Made by a program: the position numbers and the translations under genes
In this document: positions 17,259-27,647 of the stretch, in pieces
Layout of the letters: each line of letters starts with the position of its first letter
How positions within the stretch are numbered: the stretch's first letter is position 1
From: a virus
Taxonomy: Duplodnaviria > Caudoviricetes
Reading direction: 5' to 3' (one strand)
Length of the DNA: 54,759 nucleotides
Virus record (IMG/VR): IMGVR_UViG_3300032083_000237
Span: 1-54,759 of that record
The notes under the pieces: model-generated
Told to the model about the DNA's origin: nothing
Databases searched by the model: none
The model's input: only the letters and a program-made list of their open reading frames with translations

Positions 17259-17308
17259 AGTAACCACCTGAGTATGTGGCTAAACTGCTCCAAACAAGGA
17301 GAACTAAA

Positions 17309-17533
17309 ATGATTTGGGTTTACGTAGTAGTTATGGCAATGGGTTCAGCCCCTGCAAAAGAAGATAAGTTTATAGTACATGCAACTAACCTTGCTTTTTT
17401 AACCGAAGAGTCTTGCCAAGAGTGGCGAGAGTATGATATGCTACGCTTGTACAACACAAGACCAAATGAAAATGCCAAGGCTGTAAGCCAGTGTTTTTCT
17501 CTACCTCTATTTAAACAAGGAACTAAATCTTAA
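17309..17533 (+). CDS. Small hypothetical protein with N-terminal hydrophobic segment
   Basis: aggag RBS before ATG 17309; F..EE.C...C pattern. Confidence 0.7.
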   Translation: MIWVYVVVMAMGSAPAKEDKFIVHATNLAFLTEESCQEWREYDMLRLYNTRPNENAKAVSQCFSLPLFKQGTKS

Positions 17534-17997
17534 TGGCTGTAAGAAAACGTTTTAACAGAGCATTGTATGAAGCATATGATGCTGCTGCTAAGGACAAACT
17601 TGTAACTTTACTTGAGCAAAAAGGACACACCATTGTAAACACAGAAGAAAACTATTATGTAGATGTAGTGTCACAGAAAGATGACTACACTTACTTCAAT
17701 GAGGCAGAGGTAAAGGTAGCATGGGATGGTGACTGGCCTACACATTGGGCAGAGATTAGGATTCCAGAAAGGAAGCAGAGATTATTAGACAAGTATGATG
17801 GTGCTAATGGTGTACTAAATTTCTATATCTTCCGTAAAGATATGAAGCAATGCTGGCGCATCAAGGATACTTGCTTGACTAAAGAGAGTCTCAAAGAAGC
17901 TAAGGGTAGATACATACAGAAAGGTGAGCAGTTCTTCCACATCCCCTATACTAACGCAGAACTAATTGTACTAGAGAAAGAGAACAACAATGGCTAA
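17533..17997 (+). CDS. Hypothetical protein, possible PD-(D/E)XK nuclease fold
   Basis: YYVDVV...NEAEVK pattern; fold call tentative. Confidence 0.65.
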   Translation: MAVRKRFNRALYEAYDAAAKDKLVTLLEQKGHTIVNTEENYYVDVVSQKDDYTYFNEAEVKVAWDGDWPTHWAEIRIPERKQRLLDKYDGANGVLNFYIFRKDMKQCWRIKDTCLTKESLKEAKGRYIQKGEQFFHIPYTNAELIVLEKENNNG

Positions 17998-18238
17998 ATG
18001 GAAAGAGTTGGCTGTGGATATGGTAGAACATCCACCCCATTATAATGCAGCAGGTATTGAATGTATTGATGCTATGCAAGCTATGGCTGAGGATGCACCT
18101 GTCAGCGCACATGAAGCATACTGCTGGCAAAACTCTTTCAAGTATCTTTGGCGATGGCCTTACAAGAATGGCTTAGAAGACTTGAAGAAAGCACGTTGGT
18201 ACTTAGATAGACTTATCAGTGAGGTAGAAAAAGAATGA
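17990..18238 (+). CDS. DUF3310 / T7 gp1.7-like nucleotide kinase family protein
   Basis: DMVEHPPHYN..GIECID...N..KYLWR...KNG.EDLKKARWYL. Confidence 0.85.
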   Translation: MAKWKELAVDMVEHPPHYNAAGIECIDAMQAMAEDAPVSAHEAYCWQNSFKYLWRWPYKNGLEDLKKARWYLDRLISEVEKE

Positions 18239-18402
18239 AGCCATACGATCAGGGCAGAGAAGCTTTTATTAAAGGCAAGTTAGGTAATCCCTACAAAATA
18301 GATACACGACCTAACAAAGATTGGGAGTTCGGTTTCAACACCGAGTATTTCAAGAACCTAGAAAAAGTAAAACAGTATGAGCAATCTAGAACAGGAAGCT
18401 AA
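18235..18402 (+). CDS. Ribosome modulation factor (RMF)-like small protein (55 aa), not in ORF track
   Basis: gaggt RBS, ATGA overlap; YDQGREAF..G...NPY........W..GF matches the RMF G..A...G...C/NPY...W..GW pattern. Confidence 0.65.
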   Translation: MKPYDQGREAFIKGKLGNPYKIDTRPNKDWEFGFNTEYFKNLEKVKQYEQSRTGS

Positions 18403-18583
18403 AAAATACACACGCAAGAAGCGTAACCCAGACATGATAAAACCCCTCACTGCCCGAAGGTATCTAGCAGGACAAGCTCTTGCTGGAATACTTTCGAATA
18501 GTAGAGGGGCTTTAAATATGTCTGAGGTAAGGCGTTCAGCATATGAGTGGGCAGACTTTATGTTAGAGGATGAGTGTGGTTAG
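18377..18583 (+). CDS. Conserved phage hypothetical protein
   Basis: LTARRYLAGQALAG...AYEWADFML, typical of the 'T.RDYFA..A..G...AY..AD.ML' small phage family. Confidence 0.75.
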   Translation: MSNLEQEAKKYTRKKRNPDMIKPLTARRYLAGQALAGILSNSRGALNMSEVRRSAYEWADFMLEDECG

Positions 18584-21500
18584 TCTAGGCCGAAGCCTTG
18601 AATTATTGATCTATAATTATCCTTTTGTATAAGGACATTAATTAAGTTTAATTTTGACAATGCGTCTTCTCTTTTGTACACATCCTCTAAACTACCAGTA
18701 ATCCCTAGAAATTTCATTGCTTCTAGGGCCTTCTTTTTATTGCTAGGTTTAGATAAATCTCTAAGCATAGTTAAACTTTGTGGCATGTGTCCATCCTCAA
18801 ACAAAGCTTTAACATTACCTTGAACTTCTTTCTGCATATCAGCCACAATCTGTGCTTTTTTCTTTTGTTCCATCTCAAAGAAGTCAGGATATTTATTTAG
18901 ATATTTTATAGCAGCTACTTCAAAGTAAGGGTTGACCAAGCTTTGCATTTTTCTTTTGACAATAGCAGGGCCATCAAACTTTGTAGCTTTCCAACTAGGC
19001 ATACCTGCAGCATTCATCATCATTTCTGCAGAGATAGGTTCCCCTGATTGCCTAAACATAATTTGTTTGCCTACACTTGTAGGCTTTGGTTTACCAAATG
19101 TATCAAGTTTTTTTGGTAAATCAGAGTATGTTTCTTCTGATCCAAAAGGTGTTACTCCCCCAACCAAACCATCAATATATTTTATGTAACCTTGGTACTC
19201 GTATGGAACCATGTTTAAATCAGGTGCGCCACTTTGATCAGTAAACAATTTGTAAAACTCGTTGACTGGTTCTACGTGTCTAGTAAGACCCTGACCAGCA
19301 CGTGCTACAAAAGGTCCAATCACTGCGTCAACTACACCAATGTAATCTTTATCTTGAGCTTCTCTTAAAACAGACTCTGCAAAAACATAAATACTTTGTT
19401 CAGTTACATTCTCCATATCTCTGATTGCTTGACCACCTAATTGAAGGCCAAGCTCTGTAAGTAAATCTGCTGGAACTTTATCAAAATTAAGGCTAGTAAG
19501 ATTATCAAACTCTCCCATAGTAGCATGAGCTAAGATTTGAGCTGTTAGTTGTATTGTAGAATTAGGCCAATCATATCTTACATCAGCAATAGAACCATCA
19601 TTAAGAACTTGTTGATTATATGCTAAACCATTCTTTACACGATAAGCAGCAGTATTTTTTTGTTCATGAGGTAGCATGTCAGTATCAGTATCTGACAGTC
19701 CGTAAGTTGCTAGACCTATTGTGCTATATCCAACAATAGTTTTACCTAATATTTCAGATCCTTCTCTTGTTACAAAGTCTATTTCTTTACCTGTCGCCCT
19801 CATCATAGCCATACGCATTGCATTTACGCCAGTCAAGTCGGCAGCAGTAGCAAGAGTTGTATTTAAGAAAGAGCCAAACGGAACTATAAAACCAACAGGA
19901 CTTTTATTAGTAAGAGTCTCAACACCTTCAGCTATAGTCCTAAAACCAAATCCAATATCTGTTTCTAACCTACTCCAATTAACAGAAGCAGTTTCTCTTT
20001 GAGTTCTAAACAAAGCCTTTTCTGCTACGTCAGTAAGAAATCTTTTCTCACCCATAGCCAGATGGACAGCCTCTTTAGAAACTTGACCTGATTTCCATTC
20101 ACCTTTAAAGAATTGTTCAGGTGTTATTCCATACTCTCTCATGATAGCTTGGTTCATGTTATTGCCAAAGGTCCAAGTTTTAGTTATATCATCTTGTACC
20201 CTTGCTAAAGATAGTGTTTGCATAGCCTTAGTATAACCATCAACACCTTTATATATTTTATTATTTGGGTCTAAGTTAAATTGTTTAATACTATCAAATG
20301 CACCACCATCACCTGCAACATCCCTGAACAATGCTTCTCTAGTCTTAGGGTCTAAGTTAAAGTATTTTCTAGCATATGCCATTTCAATGTCAGGAGATAC
20401 CACGGAGTAACCTCTACGTATAGCACCAGCAAAGGAACCCCAACCTCTGTTGTAGTATTTTTCTGCTTTGGTTGTATTACCTATTAATTTAAATGCACCA
20501 CTCTGACTAAAGTTTATAGCAGAGGTAGCAAAGTCGGATAAATTATTGAGTGTAACAAGTTGTTTAAAACCCTTAAGGTTAGCACCTGTTGTGGATAGGT
20601 GAGAGGTAAGTAGACGTTTATACACAGACAAACCAAACTGCATTCTCTTTGGTTTGTCACCACCTTTATGATATTTACCTGCCATAGCAGACAGTTTTTC
20701 TGCTGCTGTAAGTTTACCACCAGAGATTTGTCCAAGTATAGAGCTTACATTAAGTGCAGCACCAGAACCAGATTGTATCTGTATAAATTGTTTGCTTAGT
20801 TCCTTTGAGGTTTTACCTAAACCTATAGGTCTACCAATAGTATTTTCATACTGCGTTGTTATTCTTTTCACAACATCATCATCAAGCCAGCTAATAGTTT
20901 GACCATAGATACCACTAATTTTACCATCTTCTCTCATACTAGGATGAACTTGAAAGCCAGCTTCCTCTAGTACTTGAGCATAACCTTTTAAGTTTTGACT
21001 GTCATCACCAAAGAAAAACCTACGAAAGAACTGAGTGGTCAGCTCGTTGTCACCCATCTTACCACCCAGTTGACTTAGGGTTCCAGATGCATCTTGTTTA
21101 GCATCGTCCCAAACTTTAAAGTCTACAGGTCGTGTACTACCACGTATTGTTCCAAAGTTTGCATCTACTGCAGTGAAGATACCACCCATACTAGGGCTTA
21201 ATTTAGCTTTGACGTGGGCCATTGCCTTCTTAGGATCAAGCTTACCAAGAGTAAGGTCTAGGTCTATGTATCTTGCAAAGTCAGGTGTAAGTTTACCCTT
21301 TGCTCTTAGGGTCTTGATACCTTCTTTAGTTAGTACAAGAGATGGTAACACCATACTACCAAGAGCAGCAAATCCTGTTTGATATCTGCTGTAAGTTTCT
21401 TGTGCATCAGTACGAATTAACTGCATTTGATACGCAACATCAGCACCCATAGTAATACCACCATCTACTATTGCAGGTGCAATTACAGCAGTAGCAGCGG

Positions 21501-22380
21501 CTCGTCTACCTAAACTAACACGTGCAGCCTGTTTAGCAGCAGGTAAAGCTGCACCTTTAGCAAGCTGTGCTTTAAGTAATTTTCTGTATGTAGTTTGTGC
21601 AAGAGTTCTTAAGGCTAGTCCTGTTGCTTTGGTTGTACCTACGCTTAGTAGTCTACCAAAACCAATACCAAACAATGTGCTAGGGTCATGAAGCCCAGCC
21701 CTGAGATAGTCTCCTGTAGCATCAGCAGCTTCAGCCCAAGAACCTTCACCAGTAAATGCGTTGTCCATCTGATTAAACAGTCTATAACCTGCACCAAGTT
21801 TAGCTCTTGTTATATCGTCCGCATTTATACCATAGACAGATTCATTAGCTACAGTTACAGTTTGCAATCCAGCTAAAGATCTTTGATAGTTCTGATATGT
21901 TTCAAACAAATCTTCAGGTGACATAGACCTGTAGTCCCTGTCTAAACCACCTATGGTTCCACCAGCAGTAGCAGTGGCAGCTTTGTAACCTTTTTTAAGG
22001 AGACCTGCTGGTTTAAACCTAGCTTCCATTGCGCTTGTCATAACTTCTATTAGGTCAGGGTCTGAGATAATGTCTTCTTTAATTAAGGGTTTGTTGTTGT
22101 ATTTTTCTGCAAAGTGTTTGTCAAGATCTATGAATAGAGAGCTTTGTGGGCCTTGAGGAACTACCTTACGTGTAGCAACTTCAGGAGTTAAGTTTAAAAT
22201 ATCTTCTAATGTATTAATACTAGGTGCAACTTGAGGTGAAGCAGGTTCTGCTGCAGGAATAATAGGTTTAATACCTAGAATATCTTCTAAAGTATTATTT
22301 TCTTCTTCTACAACAGATTCAGGCATAACAGTAGTAGTGGTTTCAGTTAAACCTAAGATGCTTTCTAATGTGTCTGCCAT
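18580..22380 (-). CDS. Large putative internal virion (ejection) protein, 1266 aa
   Basis: Last and largest gene of the structural arm; helical, Ala/Gly-rich; N-terminal (N/D)TLE.IL(G/N) x3. Confidence 0.7.
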   Translation of the reverse strand: MADTLESILGLTETTTTVMPESVVEEENNTLEDILGIKPIIPAAEPASPQVAPSINTLEDILNLTPEVATRKVVPQGPQSSLFIDLDKHFAEKYNNKPLIKEDIISDPDLIEVMTSAMEARFKPAGLLKKGYKAATATAGGTIGGLDRDYRSMSPEDLFETYQNYQRSLAGLQTVTVANESVYGINADDITRAKLGAGYRLFNQMDNAFTGEGSWAEAADATGDYLRAGLHDPSTLFGIGFGRLLSVGTTKATGLALRTLAQTTYRKLLKAQLAKGAALPAAKQAARVSLGRRAAATAVIAPAIVDGGITMGADVAYQMQLIRTDAQETYSRYQTGFAALGSMVLPSLVLTKEGIKTLRAKGKLTPDFARYIDLDLTLGKLDPKKAMAHVKAKLSPSMGGIFTAVDANFGTIRGSTRPVDFKVWDDAKQDASGTLSQLGGKMGDNELTTQFFRRFFFGDDSQNLKGYAQVLEEAGFQVHPSMREDGKISGIYGQTISWLDDDVVKRITTQYENTIGRPIGLGKTSKELSKQFIQIQSGSGAALNVSSILGQISGGKLTAAEKLSAMAGKYHKGGDKPKRMQFGLSVYKRLLTSHLSTTGANLKGFKQLVTLNNLSDFATSAINFSQSGAFKLIGNTTKAEKYYNRGWGSFAGAIRRGYSVVSPDIEMAYARKYFNLDPKTREALFRDVAGDGGAFDSIKQFNLDPNNKIYKGVDGYTKAMQTLSLARVQDDITKTWTFGNNMNQAIMREYGITPEQFFKGEWKSGQVSKEAVHLAMGEKRFLTDVAEKALFRTQRETASVNWSRLETDIGFGFRTIAEGVETLTNKSPVGFIVPFGSFLNTTLATAADLTGVNAMRMAMMRATGKEIDFVTREGSEILGKTIVGYSTIGLATYGLSDTDTDMLPHEQKNTAAYRVKNGLAYNQQVLNDGSIADVRYDWPNSTIQLTAQILAHATMGEFDNLTSLNFDKVPADLLTELGLQLGGQAIRDMENVTEQSIYVFAESVLREAQDKDYIGVVDAVIGPFVARAGQGLTRHVEPVNEFYKLFTDQSGAPDLNMVPYEYQGYIKYIDGLVGGVTPFGSEETYSDLPKKLDTFGKPKPTSVGKQIMFRQSGEPISAEMMMNAAGMPSWKATKFDGPAIVKRKMQSLVNPYFEVAAIKYLNKYPDFFEMEQKKKAQIVADMQKEVQGNVKALFEDGHMPQSLTMLRDLSKPSNKKKALEAMKFLGITGSLEDVYKREDALSKLNLINVLIQKDNYRSIIQGFGLD

Positions 22381-23456
22381 TACTGCGACCTATTAAATTG
22401 TTCTATTAGTTGTTCTGTTACAGTTTGTTCTGAAATACTTCCATTACTCCCATAAAATTTAACTGTAGTACCTACAGGAACTAAACTATTTTGCATAAGG
22501 TATTTAAAAATTTTCTGTCCATATTCAGCTAAGTTTTCTACGCCTTGCACTGGTGCAGTTAAATCAAGATCAGGGCGTGCAGCAGCTTCAGCATATGATT
22601 TTGGAAACTGCCCCATTTTTACTGCGTTCTGTAATACAGGTTGAGACTCAATGTATTGACTTGCATAAGAGTTACCAAATAAACCAAACAAGTCTGTTAA
22701 TATAGGCACATCTCCTTGAGCTTTTGATAAACCTGATTCAATTTGTGCTACCCTAGCAGCTCTCCAAGTATTAATCTGTGCATCTTCAGCTTCAGGTGCG
22801 CCTCTAAGATTTTCTAACTCTCCATAAGCAGTACGAATAACTTCCATACCAACAGCTTTAGTGGCATCATCTAAGTCTTTAAAAGAAAGAGCAGGTACAA
22901 TGTTTAAAGAACCTGCTTTTAGGTCTATCTGTTGTCTCGGTGCTACATTTGGAGGAAACATAAGACGTTCAGCTTCACTTGCAGTAATACCAAACTGTTC
23001 AAGCACTGCATCTACATCAACTTTATAACCTTCTGGCTGTGTAATTACTGCGTTATTTAAAGCCTCAACAAACATCTCATTAGGCATAGGATTAACTTCA
23101 CCATACTCTTTAAGGTGTTCCTCTTTTGCTTGTGTAAAAGCGGTTACAATCTTAGCTAAATCACCAGCACCTCCACCAGCAACTTTAGATATTACTTCGT
23201 CTGGAATACCAAATTGTTTTAATTGCTCTAGACTTTGCTCAACAGTGTCAATAGATTTACCACTAGCAGAAGCTACTTTATAATCACCACCAGTAAAATT
23301 ACTTTTATTTTTATTTGCATACTTTAAAGCCATGTCTAAAAGTTTTAATCTATTACCTTCTTCAAACTGTGCATCAAGTTTAGCTTCAGTTTTTTCTTTT
23401 TCTTCTCTAGCTCTGTCGGTTTCAACACCATGCAAGAATCCTTCCCACATACCCAT
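22380..23456 (-). CDS. Putative internal virion protein
   Basis: Position between ejection-type genes; N-terminal MGMWEGF..G + charged helix. Confidence 0.65.
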   Translation of the reverse strand: MGMWEGFLHGVETDRAREEKEKTEAKLDAQFEEGNRLKLLDMALKYANKNKSNFTGGDYKVASASGKSIDTVEQSLEQLKQFGIPDEVISKVAGGGAGDLAKIVTAFTQAKEEHLKEYGEVNPMPNEMFVEALNNAVITQPEGYKVDVDAVLEQFGITASEAERLMFPPNVAPRQQIDLKAGSLNIVPALSFKDLDDATKAVGMEVIRTAYGELENLRGAPEAEDAQINTWRAARVAQIESGLSKAQGDVPILTDLFGLFGNSYASQYIESQPVLQNAVKMGQFPKSYAEAAARPDLDLTAPVQGVENLAEYGQKIFKYLMQNSLVPVGTTVKFYGSNGSISEQTVTEQLIEQFNRSQ

Positions 23457-23457
23457 A

Positions 23458-23979
23458 TTACATAACTCCTTGTGGTCTTGCCATTAAACCTTTTGGTTTT
23501 TCTTCAGGCATTTCAGCATCACTCATAGGTGTCTTAGGAAGAGAAGCTTCAAGATCACCTAAGTCAGGCTTCTTGTCCAGCTTAATATCTTTAAGAATCT
23601 TACGTGCTTTATTCTCACGGATAGCATAGGCTCTTTCTTCTTCAGAATCATCTTCATCAAGACCCTCATCATAATCAATACCTGTAGCATCAGCTAGACC
23701 TACAATATATTCATGGATGATAGGGGCAATGATCATGCTCACGTCTACACTATGCTCACCATTAGCTACAGCGTTACGAAGAATACCCTCAGTCATGGTG
23801 ACAACATCAATGCCTAGCTGTAAGAAGTCTAGCATAGCTTCTATTCTTTTAGGTTGATTAAGTCTTTCAAGGTGATATACTAATGCATCCTCTGGTGTGG
23901 CAAGACGTGAAGGATTTTCCCAAGGATAATTCTTAGGTTCATTAGTCAATGACTGACCGGGGATTGGTGCTTCAAACAT
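23458..23979 (-). CDS. Conserved hypothetical virion-associated protein
   Basis: FEAPIPGQSLT.EP...PWENP N-terminus, C-terminal KGLMAR. Confidence 0.75.
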   Translation of the reverse strand: MFEAPIPGQSLTNEPKNYPWENPSRLATPEDALVYHLERLNQPKRIEAMLDFLQLGIDVVTMTEGILRNAVANGEHSVDVSMIIAPIIHEYIVGLADATGIDYDEGLDEDDSEEERAYAIRENKARKILKDIKLDKKPDLGDLEASLPKTPMSDAEMPEEKPKGLMARPQGVM

Positions 23980-23982
23980 TCT

Positions 23983-24867
23983 TTATTCCTCATACAATGA
24001 AGTGCCAGATAACTTCATAAAGTTATAGGCATCATTTCTTTCAGCTTTCTTAAGCATACCCGGCCCATTAACTATCCGAGTAACTTTATCTGTATTGGAA
24101 AAGTCTTTTACTGCAGGTCTTACATTTGTTTCCCAGAACCAGAAAGAAGTATCTGCTGCAGTTTCTTTATCTAAAACTAAATCAGGATCATCGGCCAAAC
24201 CTGCGTAGCCAAGAGCTTTACCAGCAGCTTCATAGTTATCTTTATGAGTTAGCTGCAAAAATCCTCTTCCTTTGTACCTCTTACCACCACCATATCTATC
24301 TTTACCGGGTCCGTACTCTTCTAAAGTTTTAAAGTAATCTGTTTCTATTGCAACCTGCGCCATAAATTGTGCAAGTTCTGGGCCTTCATAGCCACGATCC
24401 TTAGCTTTTTCAAATATATAACTTTGTAACTCTTTTTGTTTTTTATTAAAGGTAGGTACAACATTTTCAAAACGTGGAAACTTACCCCCACGTTTTACAG
24501 GAGGTTTAACCTGACCCAAAGCATCTCCAGTTTCATTATAAAATGCCTCATCAGCATCAGCTTCAATAGAACTTTTTAGTTCAGCATTTTGTCTACGCAC
24601 TTGGTTATAGGCTTTGTCTAACATAGATACATTATCTTCGTTAGTCTCAACACCTGATTTTATTCTTGGACTAACAAGGCCGGGAAGTCTGGACCTATCC
24701 ATTTGTATTTGTTTAACATCAGAGTAAGTTCTTTTATTTTGCAAACGAAGCTCACCTTCATCAGCAGCAGAAGGTTTTCTAGTTCTATCATTAGACATAT
24801 AATCAAAAACTTCACCTAATGTATTTCTAGCACCTTCTAAAAGTTTTTGATAACTTAACGATCCCAT
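23983..24867 (-). CDS. Glycoside hydrolase family 19 (lysozyme-like) domain protein, probable virion-associated muralytic enzyme
   Basis: AQFMAQ..IET, YKGRGFLQLT..DNY, A.....WFW, VTRIVNG in the C-terminal half. Confidence 0.85.
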   Translation of the reverse strand: MGSLSYQKLLEGARNTLGEVFDYMSNDRTRKPSAADEGELRLQNKRTYSDVKQIQMDRSRLPGLVSPRIKSGVETNEDNVSMLDKAYNQVRRQNAELKSSIEADADEAFYNETGDALGQVKPPVKRGGKFPRFENVVPTFNKKQKELQSYIFEKAKDRGYEGPELAQFMAQVAIETDYFKTLEEYGPGKDRYGGGKRYKGRGFLQLTHKDNYEAAGKALGYAGLADDPDLVLDKETAADTSFWFWETNVRPAVKDFSNTDKVTRIVNGPGMLKKAERNDAYNFMKLSGTSLYEE

Positions 24868-24879
24868 TTGTTTTATTCC

Positions 24880-27381
24880 TTAAGATAAAATAAGTTGAGT
24901 AAGAAGGCTATACTTAGCTGTATCTTCATTACTTTTTCTATTCTGTTCAGCTTGTGTTTGATACTGACTGATTTGTTTTTCACCAAGCATGATGTTTACC
25001 ATACGATCTTTCTCTTGCTCAGTACCTTTAAAAGCATAGTCCATCAGGTCACGTTCTCTCTGCCATATCTGATCTACAGTAGCCTTAGTAAATGTATTAA
25101 CAGTAGCAGCATTGATCATGTTGGCTTCGTTCTGTGCTGCAGTGTTCAATGTGTCCACGTTCTGTCTCCACTGTGCATTAGCTTGAGCTACAACAAGACC
25201 ATTCTGTGCGTTGAACTGATTACGTTGTTCCTGCATACTAGCATTAAACTTGTCCAGTGCGTTGGTTTCACCAGCATTAAATTGTGATATAGCATTAGCT
25301 TGAGCTGCATTAAACTGTGTAACTTGTGTGTTAAGGTTAGCCATGAATTGCTTTGTCTGGTTCTCACTAGAAGCATTGAATTGACGTGCAGCATTCTCAG
25401 CAGCTTGATCAGTAAGCAGTGACTGCACGACAGACTGAGCCTTAAACATGGAAGTCTGCTGTGCGTTATTCATGTTAGACATATCCATTTGTAAGAATGA
25501 GTTAGCATTCTGTACAGCAGCCTGTTGCTGATTGGATAAGTTTTGTGTTTCAAGCTGTGCAATAGCAGAGGCTTCAGCTAATACCATAGCCTGTTTGTTA
25601 GTTAGGTTAGCCATGTTTACTGTGTTAGCATTACGGCTATTCTCCAAAGCAACCTGTTGCTCTGCAGTAAAGTTCATGTTTGCTACGTCACTAATTTTAG
25701 CAGCATTAGATACCCTAGCTTGGAACGCTTGGTCAAACTCTTGGCCCATAAAGGTAGCACGTTGTTGAGCTGCAAGCATAGCACGTTGTTGTCTGTTTGA
25801 CAAGTTCTGTGCTTCAAAGGTTGCCTGTGTTTGTGCATCAGCCATAGCAACAGGTAATGCAGACTCCATAGCAGCTTGTACAACAGCTTGTCCAGCCATG
25901 CTACTAGCACCTAGTCCACGTGCAGCCATAGCTGCTGTAGCTGCTCTCATTGCACCTGCTGCCCATGCTGGTGTGTTACCACCTTCAAACTGTGTCATAA
26001 GAGTAGACAACTGGCCCTGTACTGTAGCTTGTTCTGATGGGGTAGCTGTGGCAGCTTGTACCTGCTCAGTAAATGCAGCAGCTTTAGTAGCATCAGCAAC
26101 ACCTGATACAAGCTCACCGTCTTGTATCTCTCTCTGTACAGGGTTAGTCATTACTACAGCTTCACCTTGAGCTGAAGTTAAGTCTTTAACACCTGTAGTA
26201 GCTGGGTCCATAGTAGCAGCAGTTACCTGTGCTTTATCTGACACTGCGCCTGTCACTGGGTCTACATCAGCTAAAGCTGTAGTGACTTCTCCTGATGCTG
26301 TCTTAGCATCTACTGTTTCTGGGGTTATAGGTTCTGGTGTTGCGGCAGTGGTTGCAGTGGCTACACCTGATGGTGATCGGGGTTCTGTAGGTAATTGAGT
26401 ATTAGTTAAAAAGATATCTTCCATAGGATAAGGATCAAGAGGTTTAACTGTTGCTAGTTTTTCAGCAACTAATTTTTTGTATTGTTCTTCTCTGGCTTCA
26501 CTACCTCTAGGAGCAGTAAGTTTTGAGTAGTCTAAATATAAACCTGTTCTACCATCTTGAGACAGTTTACCCCCTTCTGTACGAGGATCTAGTGAACTTT
26601 CGTAGTCACTTCTCATAGGCGTATGACCTTGAGCACCACGTATTATTCCATCACTTGTGATACTGCCTCTACGCACAAGACTTTCTACAGGTACACCAAA
26701 AGCTTTTGCTATTTCTTCTGGGTTAGAAGAAATATCTATCCCTTTTGTACGGCGCTCTTCATTTGTTTTTTTTAAATGGTCTGCATAAAATTCACGGTCT
26801 TTATCAGTAAATTCTCTCTGTCTTTTTTCTTCCATTGCTCTAATACGTGGATCAAATATCTCCGAGGGTGGGCCGGGCAATGGCTCTAGACCCCTATTAA
26901 CATAGCCGGGAAGAGTATCAGGTGTTGCCATAATCTGAGTAGGTTGTGGTTGAAAGAGTTTAAAGAAATCAGGTTGACCAGCTTGAGGTACAGGGGAAGT
27001 AACTTGACCAGCAGTGGGGTCTATGGTTGTACCTGCAGCAGCAGGGTCTAGCTTTGCTACTTCTGGTTTTGCTACAAGAGCTTGAGGATCAACAAAGGCA
27101 TCACGTACCATTTGACGTTGACCTTGCACTACCTCTTCAGCCATTTCTTCCGGTGTCTTAGTAGGCACATCATCAGGTTCTACAGGGGTAGTGGTTGCAG
27201 TGGTCTCAGTGTCACCACCTTCTGCCATAGCTGTAGTAGGTTTCATAATGTTTAAAGCTCTACGGACGGTAGCAATACTTTCAGGTTTTGACATTAAAAA
27301 TTTATCAACTGCTTCACTGTTAGCAGGACCATTGTAACCAAACTTTCTAGCTACAGCTTCATTAAGTCTTTGATTAATCAT
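24880..27381 (-). CDS. Putative internal virion protein (833 aa) with Gln/Asn/Ala-rich helical repeats
   Basis: C-terminal ~11-residue QFNA/NAA repeats; Pro/Thr-rich N-half. Confidence 0.7.
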   Translation of the reverse strand: MINQRLNEAVARKFGYNGPANSEAVDKFLMSKPESIATVRRALNIMKPTTAMAEGGDTETTATTTPVEPDDVPTKTPEEMAEEVVQGQRQMVRDAFVDPQALVAKPEVAKLDPAAAGTTIDPTAGQVTSPVPQAGQPDFFKLFQPQPTQIMATPDTLPGYVNRGLEPLPGPPSEIFDPRIRAMEEKRQREFTDKDREFYADHLKKTNEERRTKGIDISSNPEEIAKAFGVPVESLVRRGSITSDGIIRGAQGHTPMRSDYESSLDPRTEGGKLSQDGRTGLYLDYSKLTAPRGSEAREEQYKKLVAEKLATVKPLDPYPMEDIFLTNTQLPTEPRSPSGVATATTAATPEPITPETVDAKTASGEVTTALADVDPVTGAVSDKAQVTAATMDPATTGVKDLTSAQGEAVVMTNPVQREIQDGELVSGVADATKAAAFTEQVQAATATPSEQATVQGQLSTLMTQFEGGNTPAWAAGAMRAATAAMAARGLGASSMAGQAVVQAAMESALPVAMADAQTQATFEAQNLSNRQQRAMLAAQQRATFMGQEFDQAFQARVSNAAKISDVANMNFTAEQQVALENSRNANTVNMANLTNKQAMVLAEASAIAQLETQNLSNQQQAAVQNANSFLQMDMSNMNNAQQTSMFKAQSVVQSLLTDQAAENAARQFNASSENQTKQFMANLNTQVTQFNAAQANAISQFNAGETNALDKFNASMQEQRNQFNAQNGLVVAQANAQWRQNVDTLNTAAQNEANMINAATVNTFTKATVDQIWQRERDLMDYAFKGTEQEKDRMVNIMLGEKQISQYQTQAEQNRKSNEDTAKYSLLTQLILS

Positions 27382-27383
27382 TA

Positions 27384-27647
27384 TTAAAATCCGTCCTTTA
27401 ATCCATCAAGTATATCTTGAACTGATACTTTCTTCTTTGCATTAGGTGTGTATCTACACATATACGTCTTAGGGCATTCACTAAACTTAAACATAGGGTA
27501 ATGATATCCTATTGTACCATTAGGTCCACGGTAAATGCAAACCATTTCTCCCTGTATCTTAACTCTTTTTGCTAAGTGACACTGTACAAACTCAGGGTTA
27601 CTTAACAGCCCTGCTAACACAAGGGGTAACACAACAAGATTAATCAT
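27384..27647 (-). CDS. Small exported/membrane protein with four Cys
   Basis: N-terminal hydrophobic segment; C...CIY...C...C. Confidence 0.7.
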   Translation of the reverse strand: MINLVVLPLVLAGLLSNPEFVQCHLAKRVKIQGEMVCIYRGPNGTIGYHYPMFKFSECPKTYMCRYTPNAKKKVSVQDILDGLKDGF

